Source: Octopus sinensis (Eukaryota). From it: a DNA stretch of 64,000 nt. The stretch is taken from assembly GCF_006345805.1 (NCBI RefSeq), contig NC_043013.1:29450001-29514000 (forward strand), in the 5' to 3' direction. The position numbers and the translations under genes were made by a program. Positions 23,764-36,325 of this stretch are shown one piece after another. A model generated the notes under the pieces. That model made no database searches and was not told the DNA's origin. It saw only the letters and a program-made list of their open reading frames with translations. Positions within the stretch are counted from its first letter, which is position 1; each line of letters opens with the position of its first letter.

Positions 23764-24264
23764 TTGAAATATACTATATATATAATATAAGATACCATAG
23801 AAATATTATTAAAAAACCAAAATAGACAACAATTGGCTTCGACTTGTATACATTATTTGATTTATAAACAATTCATATCCACTTATATAAGTCTCTTCAG
23901 AGCTTTGGTTTAAAAAGCCGATGAAATTCCGTGTGAAAGGACGGTTGGATTCCCAAAAATTAATTCAAATTTATTGTTTGTAATATTCATTATACTATTT
24001 AAGTGGTATTCAACTGACGTACTAGTGAATTGGATGTTTTACACACTCCTTTGAAGGAATTCCTTTCCTTAGTTTGTTACTTATATATATATATATATAT
24101 ATAATATATATATACACGTCCGTCTTCTTTCAGTTTCCGCCTACCAAATCCACCCACCAAGCGTTGGTCGCACCGAGGCTATAGTAGAACTTGCCCATGG
24201 AGCCACGCAGTGGGACTTAACACGGATCCATGTGGTTGGGAAGCAAGCTTCCTACCCCACAGCC

Positions 24265-24309
<45 letters not shown>

Positions 24310-24399
24310 TGTGTGCGTGCGTGTACATACCTATTTATGTGTGTTGTTTTATGTAAGTATATATATATATATATATATACAGAGAGAGAGAGAGAGAGA

Positions 24400-24577
24400 G
24401 ACATATATATAGGGAGAGAAGACAGGCGGTGTAGACAACAAACAGATGTATTAGTTTAACAGTCGGGAAGTGAAAAAGCCTTTCACGTTTCGAGTCTACG
24501 CTCTTCCACAGAAACGAACACAGAAAGAAACAAGGAGAGAAAATACTGTATGTGTAGTGGCTAGCGATCAATCATGC

Positions 24578-24580
<3 letters not shown>
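24400..24580 (-). mobile_element. Short (TA)n-associated element with HHR-like variant
   Basis: Minus strand CTGTGGAAGAGC(GTAG)ACTC-GAAAC-GTG at 24481-24514; related to 60030-60175(+) and 1915-2140(+). Confidence 0.45.
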
Positions 24581-24616
<36 letters not shown>

Positions 24617-24629
24617 TAAATAGATAGAA

Positions 24630-24714
<85 letters not shown>

Positions 24715-25226
24715 GAAATTGCGTAAAATTGTAATGAAATAGTCAAGTAAAATAAGTGCTTGAGTTTTGAACTGTACCCTTATTTATATGATATCATTTA
24801 CTCTAACAACGCAAGAATTATGTTTGAATTTGAAATTCCATCCTCAAAAGTGAAACCACATGTTTTGCTGCTCATTCTAATGTGTATAAATATATACATA
24901 CATATATACACATGCATACATACATACGTACATACATACATATTTATATATATATATATATATATGATATATATATATATATATATATAATGATATATAT
25001 AATATATAATAATATTATATATATATATATGTATATATATATATAGACATATATTTTATATAAATACTTCATAATGTGTCTGCTTGTACACCAGGCTAAC
25101 ATTACTGTCAAGATTAGTAAAGAAATGCATTAAAGAAAAAGTATGTAATGATCGTCATTTATACCTTGCCTTGTATACATACATACATAAATACATACAT
25201 ACATGCATACACACATACACACACAA

Positions 25227-25260
<34 letters not shown>

Positions 25261-25271
25261 GTATATATATT

Positions 25272-26810
25272 TACTGAACCACAAAAGCCGATGTTGCACA
25301 CATGCATATTAAATAGAAACTGTTTTTTTTTTTTAATGAACAGACTGCCATAGTATTGACTAAAGAGTTCTAATTAAGAAACCGTTCTTTCCTAATAATA
25401 AAACGTCATTTCCTGAAACATGTTCGATGTCACGTGGTGTCACGTGATGATGGAGTGTCCTGGTTCCAAAGAGATGAATTCAATATCTCCTGTGACCAAT
25501 GTTAGCGTTGATTACCGCCAGGCATCTTACGTACATTGAATGCACCAAACGATTGATAAATGTCACGGAGATAGCAACCTACACTCTGTTAAAACTTGCA
25601 GTGTGTTGTGCCGCTGTTGTCAGCCTTGGACGGATGTTCTTTAGCATTCTTTGGATTTGTCCCACAGCGGCTCTATAAGGTTCAAGTCCGGACATAGGGT
25701 AGGATATGGCAGTTTCTGGATGCTGTGCTGTTGGAGGCAGTCTCTTGTCAACTTGGCAGTATGGGCACAAGCGTTTTTGTGTTGGACCACGTGACTCCTA
25801 TGACGGGCAAAATATTGCGTAATGTGAAGCCTCAACACCTGGTCGATGTAGCGAGCAGCGTTTACTCTATTGCCCTAGCCATGGCCGATGTTTTGGAAGA
25901 CCACGGGTCCAAGTTTCTGGTTGAGTGCAATCGACCCCATACCATAATGCTCTGTCCTCCCCATGAGTCTCTCTCCATCACACACCCATCGGCATGACTT
26001 TCACCTCTTCTTCTCCAAACCATAGCTCTGCCATCTGCCACAGAAATGCAATATCAACTTTCATCAGAGAATACTACAGTCCTCCGCTGCTGATATCGCT
26101 AGTTCTGACGTTTTTGGGCCAACAGCAGACGTGACCGTCGATGACGATCTGTGCGGATATAGCCCTCTAGCTGGACGTCGACAACACAGATTGAAAGATC
26201 TCAGCCGGCGACGAACTGTCTCTGCATAGATAGGTCTGTCGGGACTCCTTATGGTCTGCCTAGCTAATTCCGTTGCCCTCTGGAATCGGTCCTGGAAGTG
26301 CTGTCGGTGTAGGTTGCGATCTTGACGAGCCGTTGTAACCATCGGTCGGCTACTGCGTGGAGGATCACCCGTGCTGTTTGTTGCTTTGTATCGCTCCCTC
26401 AACTGCTCAGTTATCCGAATACAGCTGTTCAAGTCATTAGTAATGACCCATAGACATTGACCGGCATGGAGACGTCCAATGGTTTGCTCCCTCTAATTTC
26501 TTCTCAGTCTTGCGAAACGAACGACAGGCTGGTAAATTTGGGTGTCTTTTATGCCCGATGTGTCAACGTTTCGACCCTGCATCATGCTTTTCATAAAGAT
26601 GCGTTTGCGAGAATTACCATGTTCACGAACAGTGAACGAGTTCGAACCCTAGATGCAATCCTTGTGTTTTCAAAAGACAATGGTATTGTGGCTCAGTGAT
26701 CTCTATCTGATGTCAAACTACCCAGAAATATAATAAAATCCTTATGATCTCAATATCATGTGTGAAACAAATAATCTTTTAGAATGCAACGCTTCTTTTG
26801 TGGTTCAGTA
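25272..26810 (-). mobile_element. Tc1/mariner DNA transposon, decayed transposase
   Basis: Terminal inverted repeats TACTGAACCACAAAAG / CTTTTGTGGTTCAGTA in TA context; PRSSRPMVTTARQDR, TVRRRL, PDLNLIEPLWD motifs. Confidence 0.85.
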
Positions 26811-26829
26811 TATATATGTATATATATAT

Positions 26830-27685
26830 TGGTCACTCCTAATGATTTTCGCGTATGAGTATTTGAAGAGCGGATTTTTAAAAAGAAAACCGTTTTTGAA
26901 AATACAAGAACAATAGAAGCTACATCTACCTGCGTTGGATGTGTAAGAGTCCAGGTATGGCTTTTGCTATGAAGGCGCAATGGGGACACTGGTGATTTTG
27001 ATTATGCCTAAGATTTTGACATTTGATATCTTATCTTGCCATTTTATGTTACAGATATTGCACAGGCGGCACAGGCGGCACAAGTTTCAATTTTCTTTTA
27101 TGTGTCTGTAGTAGGGAGTTCATGTTTTTGCCCCATACAAAAGGGTATTTAAGACACGGATTCGTATACACTTATTTTAGTTTTCAGATTGACACCGTGT
27201 TCATCCCATAAACGTCAGGAAAGTTTTTCAAAAGCATTCGTAGCCTTAGAATATTCTAACACTGATTTCATCATCAAGAGTATTCTTACAGTTTATTGTG
27301 TTTCCAAGATATTTAAATAACCTGACCCATTTGAGTGGTTTGCTGTCTATCATCATGTTTGAATTTTGGTTGGAATAAAACTTCAGTCTTTTGACACTGA
27401 TAGTAAGTCCAAATGTACGAGCTTCCCCACCAAGCCTGTCGACCGTTTCCTATGATAAGCACCACATATATAGTTATAATAATGATAAACTATGGATAGA
27501 ACTTATAAATATTTTAATGTATCTCTACGTGCGCTTCGACAGATCACATAATTTTTGTGACCATAATGCGTATTCCTGGGACGATGACAATACAGTCTGT
27601 AATATCCATGGACATCAGGTAAATCTTTGTTCATGCGTTCATTTCTTTAGGCAATATGGTCACAAATAACATGTTATATTTGGAA
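26830..27685 (-). mobile_element. Decayed RTE-clade LINE fragment
   Basis: Minus-strand reading by eye: ARTFGLTISVKKTEV, FKYLGNT, LDDEISVRI.KATNAF. Confidence 0.65.
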
Positions 27686-27904
27686 ACGCGCATAGTGATA
27701 CATTAAAATATTTATAAATTCCATCCATGGGTTATTATTATTATTATTATTATTATGTTTACTCTACGTTATATCGACACAACATGATGGGATCCCATAA
27801 AACTGCTGATGTAGGTTGGAATCACTAGGCCGTAGGCGACATAGTAAAATAGCAGCTTCATATGCGTACTCAAAAGCGTTTCCTGCAAACTAACTTAAGG
27901 ATGG

Positions 27905-27906
<2 letters not shown>
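27686..27906. repeat. Unclassified ~220-bp dispersed repeat abutting (TA)n; second copy 49655-49874
   Basis: Near-identical copies 22 kb apart with the same start (ACG(C/T)GCATAGTGATAC) and the same end (AAGGATGG then (TA)n). Confidence 0.9.
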
Positions 27907-27976
<70 letters not shown>

Positions 27977-27979
<3 letters not shown>

Positions 27980-30900
27980 ATATTTCGGAATGGTCATATT
28001 GCCAGTTTAGCCAATAAAACACACGCACTATATATTTGGTGTTATTTTGCTTCAGTGATATTTATTTTTTACATTAATCTTAATCTTATTTCGGCCAAAG
28101 TTCTTTCGTCACACTCCTGTGACCGCATCAGTGGTCCTTTGTTTTCTTCTCACTTACTTGTGGCTCTCCTTACTAACCGTCAGCTATTTTGTATTTCTAT
28201 TGTATGTCTTCATTTGTGCATGCTTATATCTCTATGTGCGTCTATGTTTATTTAGTGTGTGTGTGGGGGGGATGCCTGTAATATTTGTATCTTCTGTTAT
28301 ATACATTCTTGTAATTTGTGTTTTTTTTTTGTTGTTGTTGCTTTTGTTCTAATTTTGTTCATGTGTTTACATCCACCCATTATATCATTACATATGCTTG
28401 TATGTATGTATACAAACAATTTAGTAATAATAATAATAAATCTAATCGAAAAAAAAAAAAAAGAATATACATATACATATATATATACATACATATACAT
28501 ATACATATATATATATATACATATATACACACATATATACACATATACATGTACATATATATACACATATACATATATATAGATATTCATTTCTATTTCT
28601 TTAATTACCTGTGTATTTATTATGTTTGCAGGATCCACTATTGTCATATGTTGTGGTGTGCGCTATTGCTCCATTCTAGTTTTCTATTCAGGCTAGGTTT
28701 ATTTTCTATTATATGTGTAGCTTCTGTAATTTGTCTAATTGTTGCATCTGTTCTATGTGTGGACAATATCTTAATCTCTATGTTATTGATTGATCCCCCG
28801 TGTTCTTGTTCAGCGTGTTGGTACAGAATCGATGAGCTTTTACCTTCCTTGAGTTGTCTCCAATGTTCATTCACCCGCTCACCAATGCTTCTTGCAGTTT
28901 CCCCTACGTATGTTACTGTCTTGTTACTGCATCGTCCCTCTATACATCTTATACTATAGACCACATTTCTGGCTTTACAGTTCGTTTGTGGGAAATCTAC
29001 ATACAGTGCAATAGTTATCCGTACAGAGTTCTACTAAAAGGATAGCTTCTACCAATTATAGATCTGATAGGGTTGCCTGGCTTTTCAACAACCTTAATTC
29101 TTAGTTTAAGTTTATCTAGGGTCCTTCTAAAGCGGTACGCTAGTTCACCTCCAGGGGTGGTGTCAACGAACATGACACTCTGGTATTTATGGCTATCATA
29201 CCAAGAGTTGGCCTTCCCTATTTTCTTTTTTGTCCTTTCTATAGTGTTCCATGACTTGTTCCTATAGAGTGGGCAAATCCCATTCCTATCATTACATAAT
29301 ATATTATCAAATTTCTTCATGGCTCCTTTGTATACTCTGATCCTTTCTTTATGGCTGTAACCTGAGAACTGCATGCGGTGAATGAAATACTGTATGTGTC
29401 TCTTTAATTCTGTAGGCTCGCACATGCGTGACACATTTCTCATTATTCTGACGAGGTCTGCCATCAAAATATTGAATTTGGCATTGCCCGCAATGGCTGA
29501 GTTCCGGTGGATCAGGTATTTTGAGGCCATAGGTTTTGCATAGTATGAATGAAGGATTTGGGTTTTATTTTTCACAATTTCTAGCCAGAGTTCAGTGTCT
29601 AGTACTGGTAGTCTATGGTTGGGGGTTTAAGTGGGGTAGTCTATTGTGACCTTAATACTCTGGTGGATGGAGTTAGCTATTTGCTGGATGCTCTCCATAG
29701 TATTAGTTTCTATTACTATATCAACAGTACTCTCTTGTGGGGGTGCCTTTACTACTATATTGATATCATCAACATAGCGAGAGTACATGTTTACGAGTAT
29801 GGATTTCTGCAGTAGGCATTCTTTAAGCCTTCTGTCCCACCATACCATGAAGAGGTTGGCCACATCACCAGCGATACTAACACCGATGGCTGCCCCCTCG
29901 TCCTGGGCATATATTTTATTATTAAATTTAAATGTGTGGCCTTTTAGGGTAACTCTTATACTAGCTCCTAGTGCATGTGCGATCATTTTCTTTACCTGAT
30001 GGACATTTGCGGGGCTCCGTATGGCTCTGGTCCATCCGCGCCATCTTTCTATATGTGTCTTCCTAGCCATAGAAGTAATTGTAGGCGGTCTACCTCTTAA
30101 ACATCTACTGGGGCAGAAACTACTAAGATTATGTTTATCTAAGTATTCACTATTATATGTCAGTCTAAGTAGGAGGCCCAGTTCTTCTGTGTCGACATTA
30201 CAGAACTCCACCTGGCTCTCGTTGATCATCTCCACGCACTTCTCCACTGCAAAATCTACGTCAATCGATGGGTATAGGGATACCACATCCATGCTACCTA
30301 CTATACATCCTGTCAAGTCACAAGTTTTGTTACAGTCACTGATCCTGCTTAGGAGATCTTCTGTGCTGTCACACACATCAGGTGACATCCTGATTATAGG
30401 GCATATGATCATTGAGAGGAAGTAGGAGATTCTGTAATTGCTAGCGATATTCGCTCCACAGACTGGTCTTGTTGGTGGTCCTGCTATAGGGTCAGTAAAA
30501 CCTTTATGGTCCTTGCGAAGTCCATACAGTGCCGGGATATCATTGTTCCAGGCTTAGAAATTCTTTGCAGTACGTTTCTGAGGTCCCAGAACAATTGTCC
30601 ACATCATCATGTGGGCATTGAGGACCTTTTCTCTCTCCTCATGCGCCTGTACAGTTGTTACTTTTGTATTGGCGATATGAGGTTGCATTGCCTGGATGTA
30701 GTTCGGTAAGCTGTCTATTGACATCCTGCCGGACTTATCCGTGGGAAGGCATATCACCTCTCCGTTCCTCGTGCGCTGAATGAGCTTCTGTAGGCCACAT
30801 GCAGGTTTAATCCCTGTTGTTGGGCATCTGTCTTATTCTGTCTCTGTCTCTTAATGTATAATCCTAAAATCTGTCTAAGTTTGGTCCTAGCTATAGTGAA

Positions 30901-32215
30901 CTGTGCTTCCATGTGGTCATTAGTACGTCTTGGGATGTATACTCTTTTGTTGAAGGGTAATGTTGTTGGATAAATTCGGTTCATGCAGTAAGTTTTGTCG
31001 CATACGTTGAAGAATTGAGTGTCAAAGGGATGGGTATACATGTCAATAGTCTCTCTAGGGTTATCTTCATTATCGTTATTGTTTCCAACATCAGCCTTCC
31101 TATTATTATTATCACCATTACCACTACTACTACTACTAGTATTCCTATTACCACCACAACTATCACTACTATCCTCATTACTACTTCTACTGTTACCATC
31201 ACCACTACTACTACCACTATTATTGTTATTACCTTTATTCCTACCATTGCCATTATTACTATCATCGCTAGTGATATATTCATTGTTCCTGTTTCTGGTA
31301 TATGTGTTGTTTATATTAGTGTTGGGTTTTATGTCTGTCTGTTGGTCCCTGTCAATCCCCCTGTTGCGGTCGTTATTTTTGTTCCTATGAGTATTGTTAT
31401 CTGTTTCAAGTCCGCTGACTCCCTGTCCAAGGATCCTGTTGCATTCAACTTTATTCTCCATCGTGACCCCTATGACACAACTTTTATTCGTGTCTTTGTG
31501 ACTATGGCTATCTGTGTGGTGTTTTGTGTGTCGGTTCTCCCTATAATTGTTGTTGTTGTTGCTGTTGTATACGATTTTTCTCTCTCTGTTTGTTTTTTTG
31601 TTTTTGTATCTATTGTTTGTGTCTATGCATACATTTTTTCTATTGTTATTGTTGTTGTCGCTGTTAGGGTTCGTGTTGTTGTTGTTGTTGCCGCTGTTAG
31701 GGTTCGTGTTGCTTTTGTTGCTACGGTTGTTATTGTTGCGGTCATTATTGTTGTGTTGTTGTTGCTGCGGTTAGTGTTTTTTCGCGTTGTTGTTGTTGTC
31801 GCAAGTGTTGTTGTCATAGTATCTATTTAAATTCCAACGTATTTTTGTGAACGACTTTTCAATCTCGGACAGGCATTTGATGGTATTCACTTTACTATAC
31901 ACTGCATACTTTGGTGGTAGTTGAAGTATCGATATTTCATCTGGGTCCGTTGTTACTCCCCCATAGATGTTCGCTTCATTGTCTTTATTGAACTCTTCTG
32001 GTAGTAGCACATCTTCCATAATAATTCCATTTATTGTATCTGGATACTTCTGCTTTTCTTCCTTTGCGAGCTCATATTGACGTTTCTGTTTCAACCACGA
32101 TAACTTCCTCTTAAAATGGATATTGCATTGGTGTATTACATGTCTGTTTTCTTCATATATTATATCCATTATTAAGGTTTTCTCCTTTCGTGTGGTGATA
32201 CTTTTAATTTCTTTT
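27977..32215 (-). mobile_element. Penelope-like retroelement (RT + C-terminal GIY-YIG endonuclease; Naiad-like), 5'-truncated and frameshifted
   Basis: PTDKSG, GSMDVVSLYPSI, GAAIG...ANLFM, YSRYVDDI, CPLYR..W, SVMFVDTTPGGEL, Cys-rich linker (CTDNYCTVC), VYSIRC...[16 protein letters not shown]...E...LN. The 3' boundary at (TA)n is inferred; coding pieces span 28644-32215. Confidence 0.85.
28093..28137 (-). ncRNA. Variant hammerhead-like motif downstream of the Penelope-like ORF
   Basis: GGACCA-CTGATGC-G-GTCACA(GGAG)TGTGAC-GAAAG-AA-CTT-TGGCC; good stem II, imperfect stem I, core A9 replaced by C. Confidence 0.5.
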
Positions 32216-32446
32216 AAAATGTTCAGAACGGCATTGTTTTCGTCAGAAAAGTAGATATAATTTTTTATCAAAGTGGTTATATATTCTATAATTTTCACAG
32301 ACAATCAATACAATATTAATTGTTATTGTCTGCGATTTTGGTGTAATTTGAGAGGATAATACAAAAGTTATGGATGATTTAGTGATTTACTGCAAAACCC
32401 ATGGCGGCCAACATGATCAGAACGGTTGAAAAAATAACAAAATAAT

Positions 32447-33919
32447 GTTAGTTAGTTAGTTAGTTAGTTAGTTAATTTGGCTCAAAAGCAAATAGCAAGG
32501 CCATGTAGGGGGGCATGGAGTTAAGTACAGGGTGGTGTTCATGTAAAGAGTTCAGGCCACTTGAGGTCCAGGGAGGCTTTGAACAAAGCGGTCGTCGGCA
32601 TCTTCACCATCTCGTCTGGCAGCTTGTTCCACGGATCCGCAACCCGGACGGAGAAAGCTCCTCTCCTTCGATTGAGATGAAATCGTCGCAGGTAGAGCTT
32701 TTCGGAATGACCCTGCAGCCGACGCTCCGGAGCAGGAGTGAAGAACAGCTCTTTCGAGAGGTTACACTTCCCGCTTATGATGTTGTGGGCGAGAATGAGA
32801 TCACCACGGCGGCGGCGTTTTTCAAGAGAACAAAGGTCGAGCGTCCTCAGCCTTTCTTCGTAGGACAAATTTTTGAGACCATGAACCATGCGGATAGCCA
32901 GCCTCTGGACTCTTTCGAGGTGCTGTATGTCTTTGAGGAGATAAGGAGAAGAGGCTTGAATCCCATACTCCAATATGGGTCTCACCAGCGTGACATAGAG
33001 TGGCAGGAATATGGCTGCTGTGAGCATTCCGAATGACCGTCGAATCAAAAACAGAATTCCGCGCGCTTTGTTGGCAGCATGGACGCACTGGGCCGAAGGC
33101 GAAAAGGAGGAATCCACCAAGATACCCAGGTCCTTTACCTGATCGGTCCTCTCCAGCAGCAGACGACCCGGCTCGAAATCAAGTTGAATTGCAGGAGTAG
33201 AGCCGACAGGCAGATGACAGCACTTTGACACGTTCAGACACAGGTCCCAATCGTTAGACCACTTCCAAATTTGGTGGAGGCATCGACGAAGATCCTCTAT
33301 ACTACCGCGAGGAGCGACCAGTTTGATATCGTCGGCAAATAGAAGGGTGTGTTGCGTGAGGTCGTCGGGCAAGTTATTTATGAAGACTAAGAACAACAAG
33401 GGCCCAAGCACTGAACCTTGAGGCACGCCACTGCTCGCACTGGAGACGTCGGACCGCGAACCATTCACTTGAACTTGGAAGGAGCGATCTGAGAGGAAGG
33501 CACCAACCCATCGTACAATATCTGGATGGAAACTATATGCTTGAAGCTTGACAAGTAGTAGGCGGTGGTTTACCGAGTCAAAAGCTTTGGCAAAGTCCAA
33601 TAAAACGATGTCAACAGCATCACTATCATCGAGGATGCGCGTCACTAATTCTTCCATTACTAGTAAGTTGGTCAAGCATGATCTCTTCGGCACGAAGCCG
33701 TGTTGGGAATCAGTGATCGAGGCTGTGTTTAGGAGGTGGAGCATCATACTTTTCTTAAGGATGGTTTCGAACATCTTGCTGATTATTGATGTAAGGGAAA
33801 CCGGTCGGTAGTTAAGCGGGTCTTCGCGGCTCCCTTTCTTGAAAATTGGGAAGATTATCGCTGTTCTCCAGTCTGCAGGTATAACACCCGTCGCCAATGA
33901 CATATTGAATAGTCGTGTT
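32447..33919 (-). mobile_element. 5'-truncated CR1-group LINE nested in Tc1
   Basis: Absent from Tc1 copy 2; 3' tail of (TAAC)n; uninterrupted RT ORF. Confidence 0.9.
32539..33903 (-). CDS. Reverse transcriptase domain (ORF2 fragment, 454 aa) of a CR1-group LINE
   Basis: NYRPVSLTS, QHGF, LDFAKAFDSVNH, SGVPQGSVLGPLLF, LFADDIKL, KDLGI, RRRRGDLI; open frame but N-terminally truncated. Confidence 0.9.
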   Translation of the reverse strand: MSLATGVIPADWRTAIIFPIFKKGSREDPLNYRPVSLTSIISKMFETILKKSMMLHLLNTASITDSQHGFVPKRSCLTNLLVMEELVTRILDDSDAVDIVLLDFAKAFDSVNHRLLLVKLQAYSFHPDIVRWVGAFLSDRSFQVQVNGSRSDVSSASSGVPQGSVLGPLLFLVFINNLPDDLTQHTLLFADDIKLVAPRGSIEDLRRCLHQIWKWSNDWDLCLNVSKCCHLPVGSTPAIQLDFEPGRLLLERTDQVKDLGILVDSSFSPSAQCVHAANKARGILFLIRRSFGMLTAAIFLPLYVTLVRPILEYGIQASSPYLLKDIQHLERVQRLAIRMVHGLKNLSYEERLRTLDLCSLEKRRRRGDLILAHNIISGKCNLSKELFFTPAPERRLQGHSEKLYLRRFHLNRRRGAFSVRVADPWNKLPDEMVKMPTTALFKASLDLKWPELFT

Positions 33920-35254
33920 ATGACAGAGAATACTGGAATTATTTAATATTTAGTGTGAAGCCCTTTAGCTTCAATTTCTTGCTGGTTGATCTTATTCCAT
34001 TCTTCCTGAAGGGCATTCCATAATTGCTCAGTTGTTTTAGGATTTCTGGCTTTCGAACGTTCTCCTAGAATATTCCACACATTTTCAATAGGATTGAGAT
34101 CTGGGCTTTGAGCTGGCCAATCCATAACAATAACCTTTTCAGCCTTGAGGAAGTTCATGACCACCTTAGCCTTGTAACATGGGGCATTGTCCTGCATGAA
34201 TTTGGGTGGTCGCTTAGTTGAATTTCTCAGCACAGGCAAGACATGATCTTTTACAAGTTGTTTATAAACTCCTGGATTTACCTTTACATGTAATCGCACC
34301 AAAGGACCCACACCATCTCCAGATATCATTCCCCAAACCATGACACTTCCTCCACCGAATTTAACACTAGTCTTAAGGCATTTAAGTAACAATTTTTCAC
34401 CTACCTTTCTACGAACGTACCTTTTCCCATCTAAGCCAAATAGCATAAACTTAGATTCATCACTGAAGTGCACCGTTTGCCATTTTTCTTGAGATTAGAA
34501 CACATGTTCGGTTGCAAAGTTAAGACGACACTTTTTATTCATGGAGCTGATCAGTGGCTTCACTGCAGGTGCTCTTGCTTGTAGGTCATGTTCAACTAAA
34601 CGACGAGACACAGTTTTTCGAGATAAAGTTTTCTTCAATACAATGCTCATTTTCCGAGAAACAGCAGCAGCAGTTTTAAATCTGTCCTTTTTAACCAACT
34701 TTACCATAGCACGATCTTCTCTCTTGGTCGTTTTTCTTGGCCTACCTGAAAACTTTCTTGCTTCACACGAACCACAATCTTCGTAGACCTTAAGAATACC
34801 GTGTACAACACTTTTTGACTTGTTAACAATCTTTGCAATAGATCCAATACTTAAATTATCCTCCCTTCGAAGCTTAATAATCTGCTGACGAATTGGTAAC
34901 GGAGTAAGTGGCATTATATTAACAAAGTACACTGCAAATATTCTTACTAATGTTTAGTAAACGAACCGTCACGTAAACAAATTCAAAACATTAGAGTTCG
35001 CCGGTTAAATATACTAAAACACGGAGTAAAAGCAACCGTTCTGATCCTTTTGGCCGCCATGGGTTTTGCAGTAAATCACTAAATCATGCATAACTTTTGT
35101 ATTATCCTCTCAAATTACACCAAACTCTCAGGCAATAACAAATAATATTGTATTCATTGTCTGTGAAAATTATAGAATATAAAACAACTTTGATAAAAAA
35201 TTATATCTACTTTTCTGACGAAAACAATGCCGTTCTGAACATTTTGGCCGAAAC

Positions 35255-35305
<51 letters not shown>

Positions 35306-36065
35306 AATTCATTCAAAATTGTACAAACAAAATAATGGAATTGTGAACAGATACAAAATATCCCCAAAATAGAACTACATAATATCATACTTTAACGACA
35401 AGGAAACCTTAACAACACCATGTCCGAAGCTGAAGAGGGTGGAATTAGACCAAGAAAAAATTTAATACTGATTGAAGAAGCGCTGGACTATTTTACTGTG
35501 ACTGAAGGGTTCTTATTTGTGGTACAATTTCGTGGTTTTCCTAGAAGAAACCACTAAAAGCTTGTAGTGAAACAGAATATATTATGTAACTACAAAATAT
35601 GTGCAGGCTGGAGATAAAGAATCAACCGCAATTCTTAGAAGTTATGGCAGTATTATGTTATAACAACAGAAAAGAGGCAGTATAGATATATGTGAGAAAT
35701 CTCAGAGAATGACAAAACGACCATGCTCAAGAATATACCAACCTACATAGATCTGGGAATCAAAGAGCTCACTGAAGGGGTACTGTTATTAACGACCATT
35801 AGAAAAAGAAGTACCTTCTGATCGAGATATCGGAACCAACAGACGGCATGGTATCGCAAAAGGAAGAGGAGAATTATTCGAATATAAAGATCTAGAAATA
35901 GAGATAGCCATACTGTGGCGACTGAAAATAAACAATTTCTGTAATGCGAAATGCCTTGCCAATGATTGTAAAAATGCAGACAAATACATAACCAAAGACA
36001 TATCTTATGAGTTATTTAAAATATACAGCATGGAGAAAATAGCGCTACAAGTAAACTGCATGCGT

Positions 36066-36291
36066 TTTATTTATTTTTATTTTTATTTTTTTTATTTTTA
36101 TTTGTTTCAGTCATTTGACTGCGGCCATGCTGGAGCACCGCCTTTAGTCGAGCAAATCGACCCCGGGATTTATTCTTTGTAAGCCCAGTACTTATTCTAT
36201 CGGTCTCTTTTGCCGAACCGCTAAGTGAAGGGGATGTAAACACACCAGCATCGGTTGTCAAGCAATGCAAGGGGGACAAACACAGACACAA

Positions 36292-36325
<34 letters not shown>

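Larger units (their letters stand above)
32216..35256 (-). mobile_element. Tc1 transposon (long IR/DR-type TIRs), copy 1, with nested LINE and clipped left tip
   Basis: TIR AAAATGTTCAGAACGGCATTG at 32216 and its complement ending CTG|TA at 35256; transposase pieces 33943-34932 with FSDESKF, MQDNAPC, SPDLNPIENVW. Confidence 0.92.

Noticed and set aside
23824-23905. Minus-strand CTGAAGA-GACTT...AAGTC-GAAGC motif
   Set aside because: Stem II is present but GAAA is mutated and stem I is missing; probably a dead relic, not called as a ribozyme.
27790-27866. Twister or twister-sister ribozyme in the 220-bp repeat
   Set aside because: Some stems can be drawn, but conserved catalytic nucleotides do not match by eye.
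31771-32304. 177-aa ORF as an independent gene
   Set aside because: Chimeric: its first ~30 codons are Tc1 TIR sequence (also in ORF 35148-35372) fused to the Penelope-like N-terminus.
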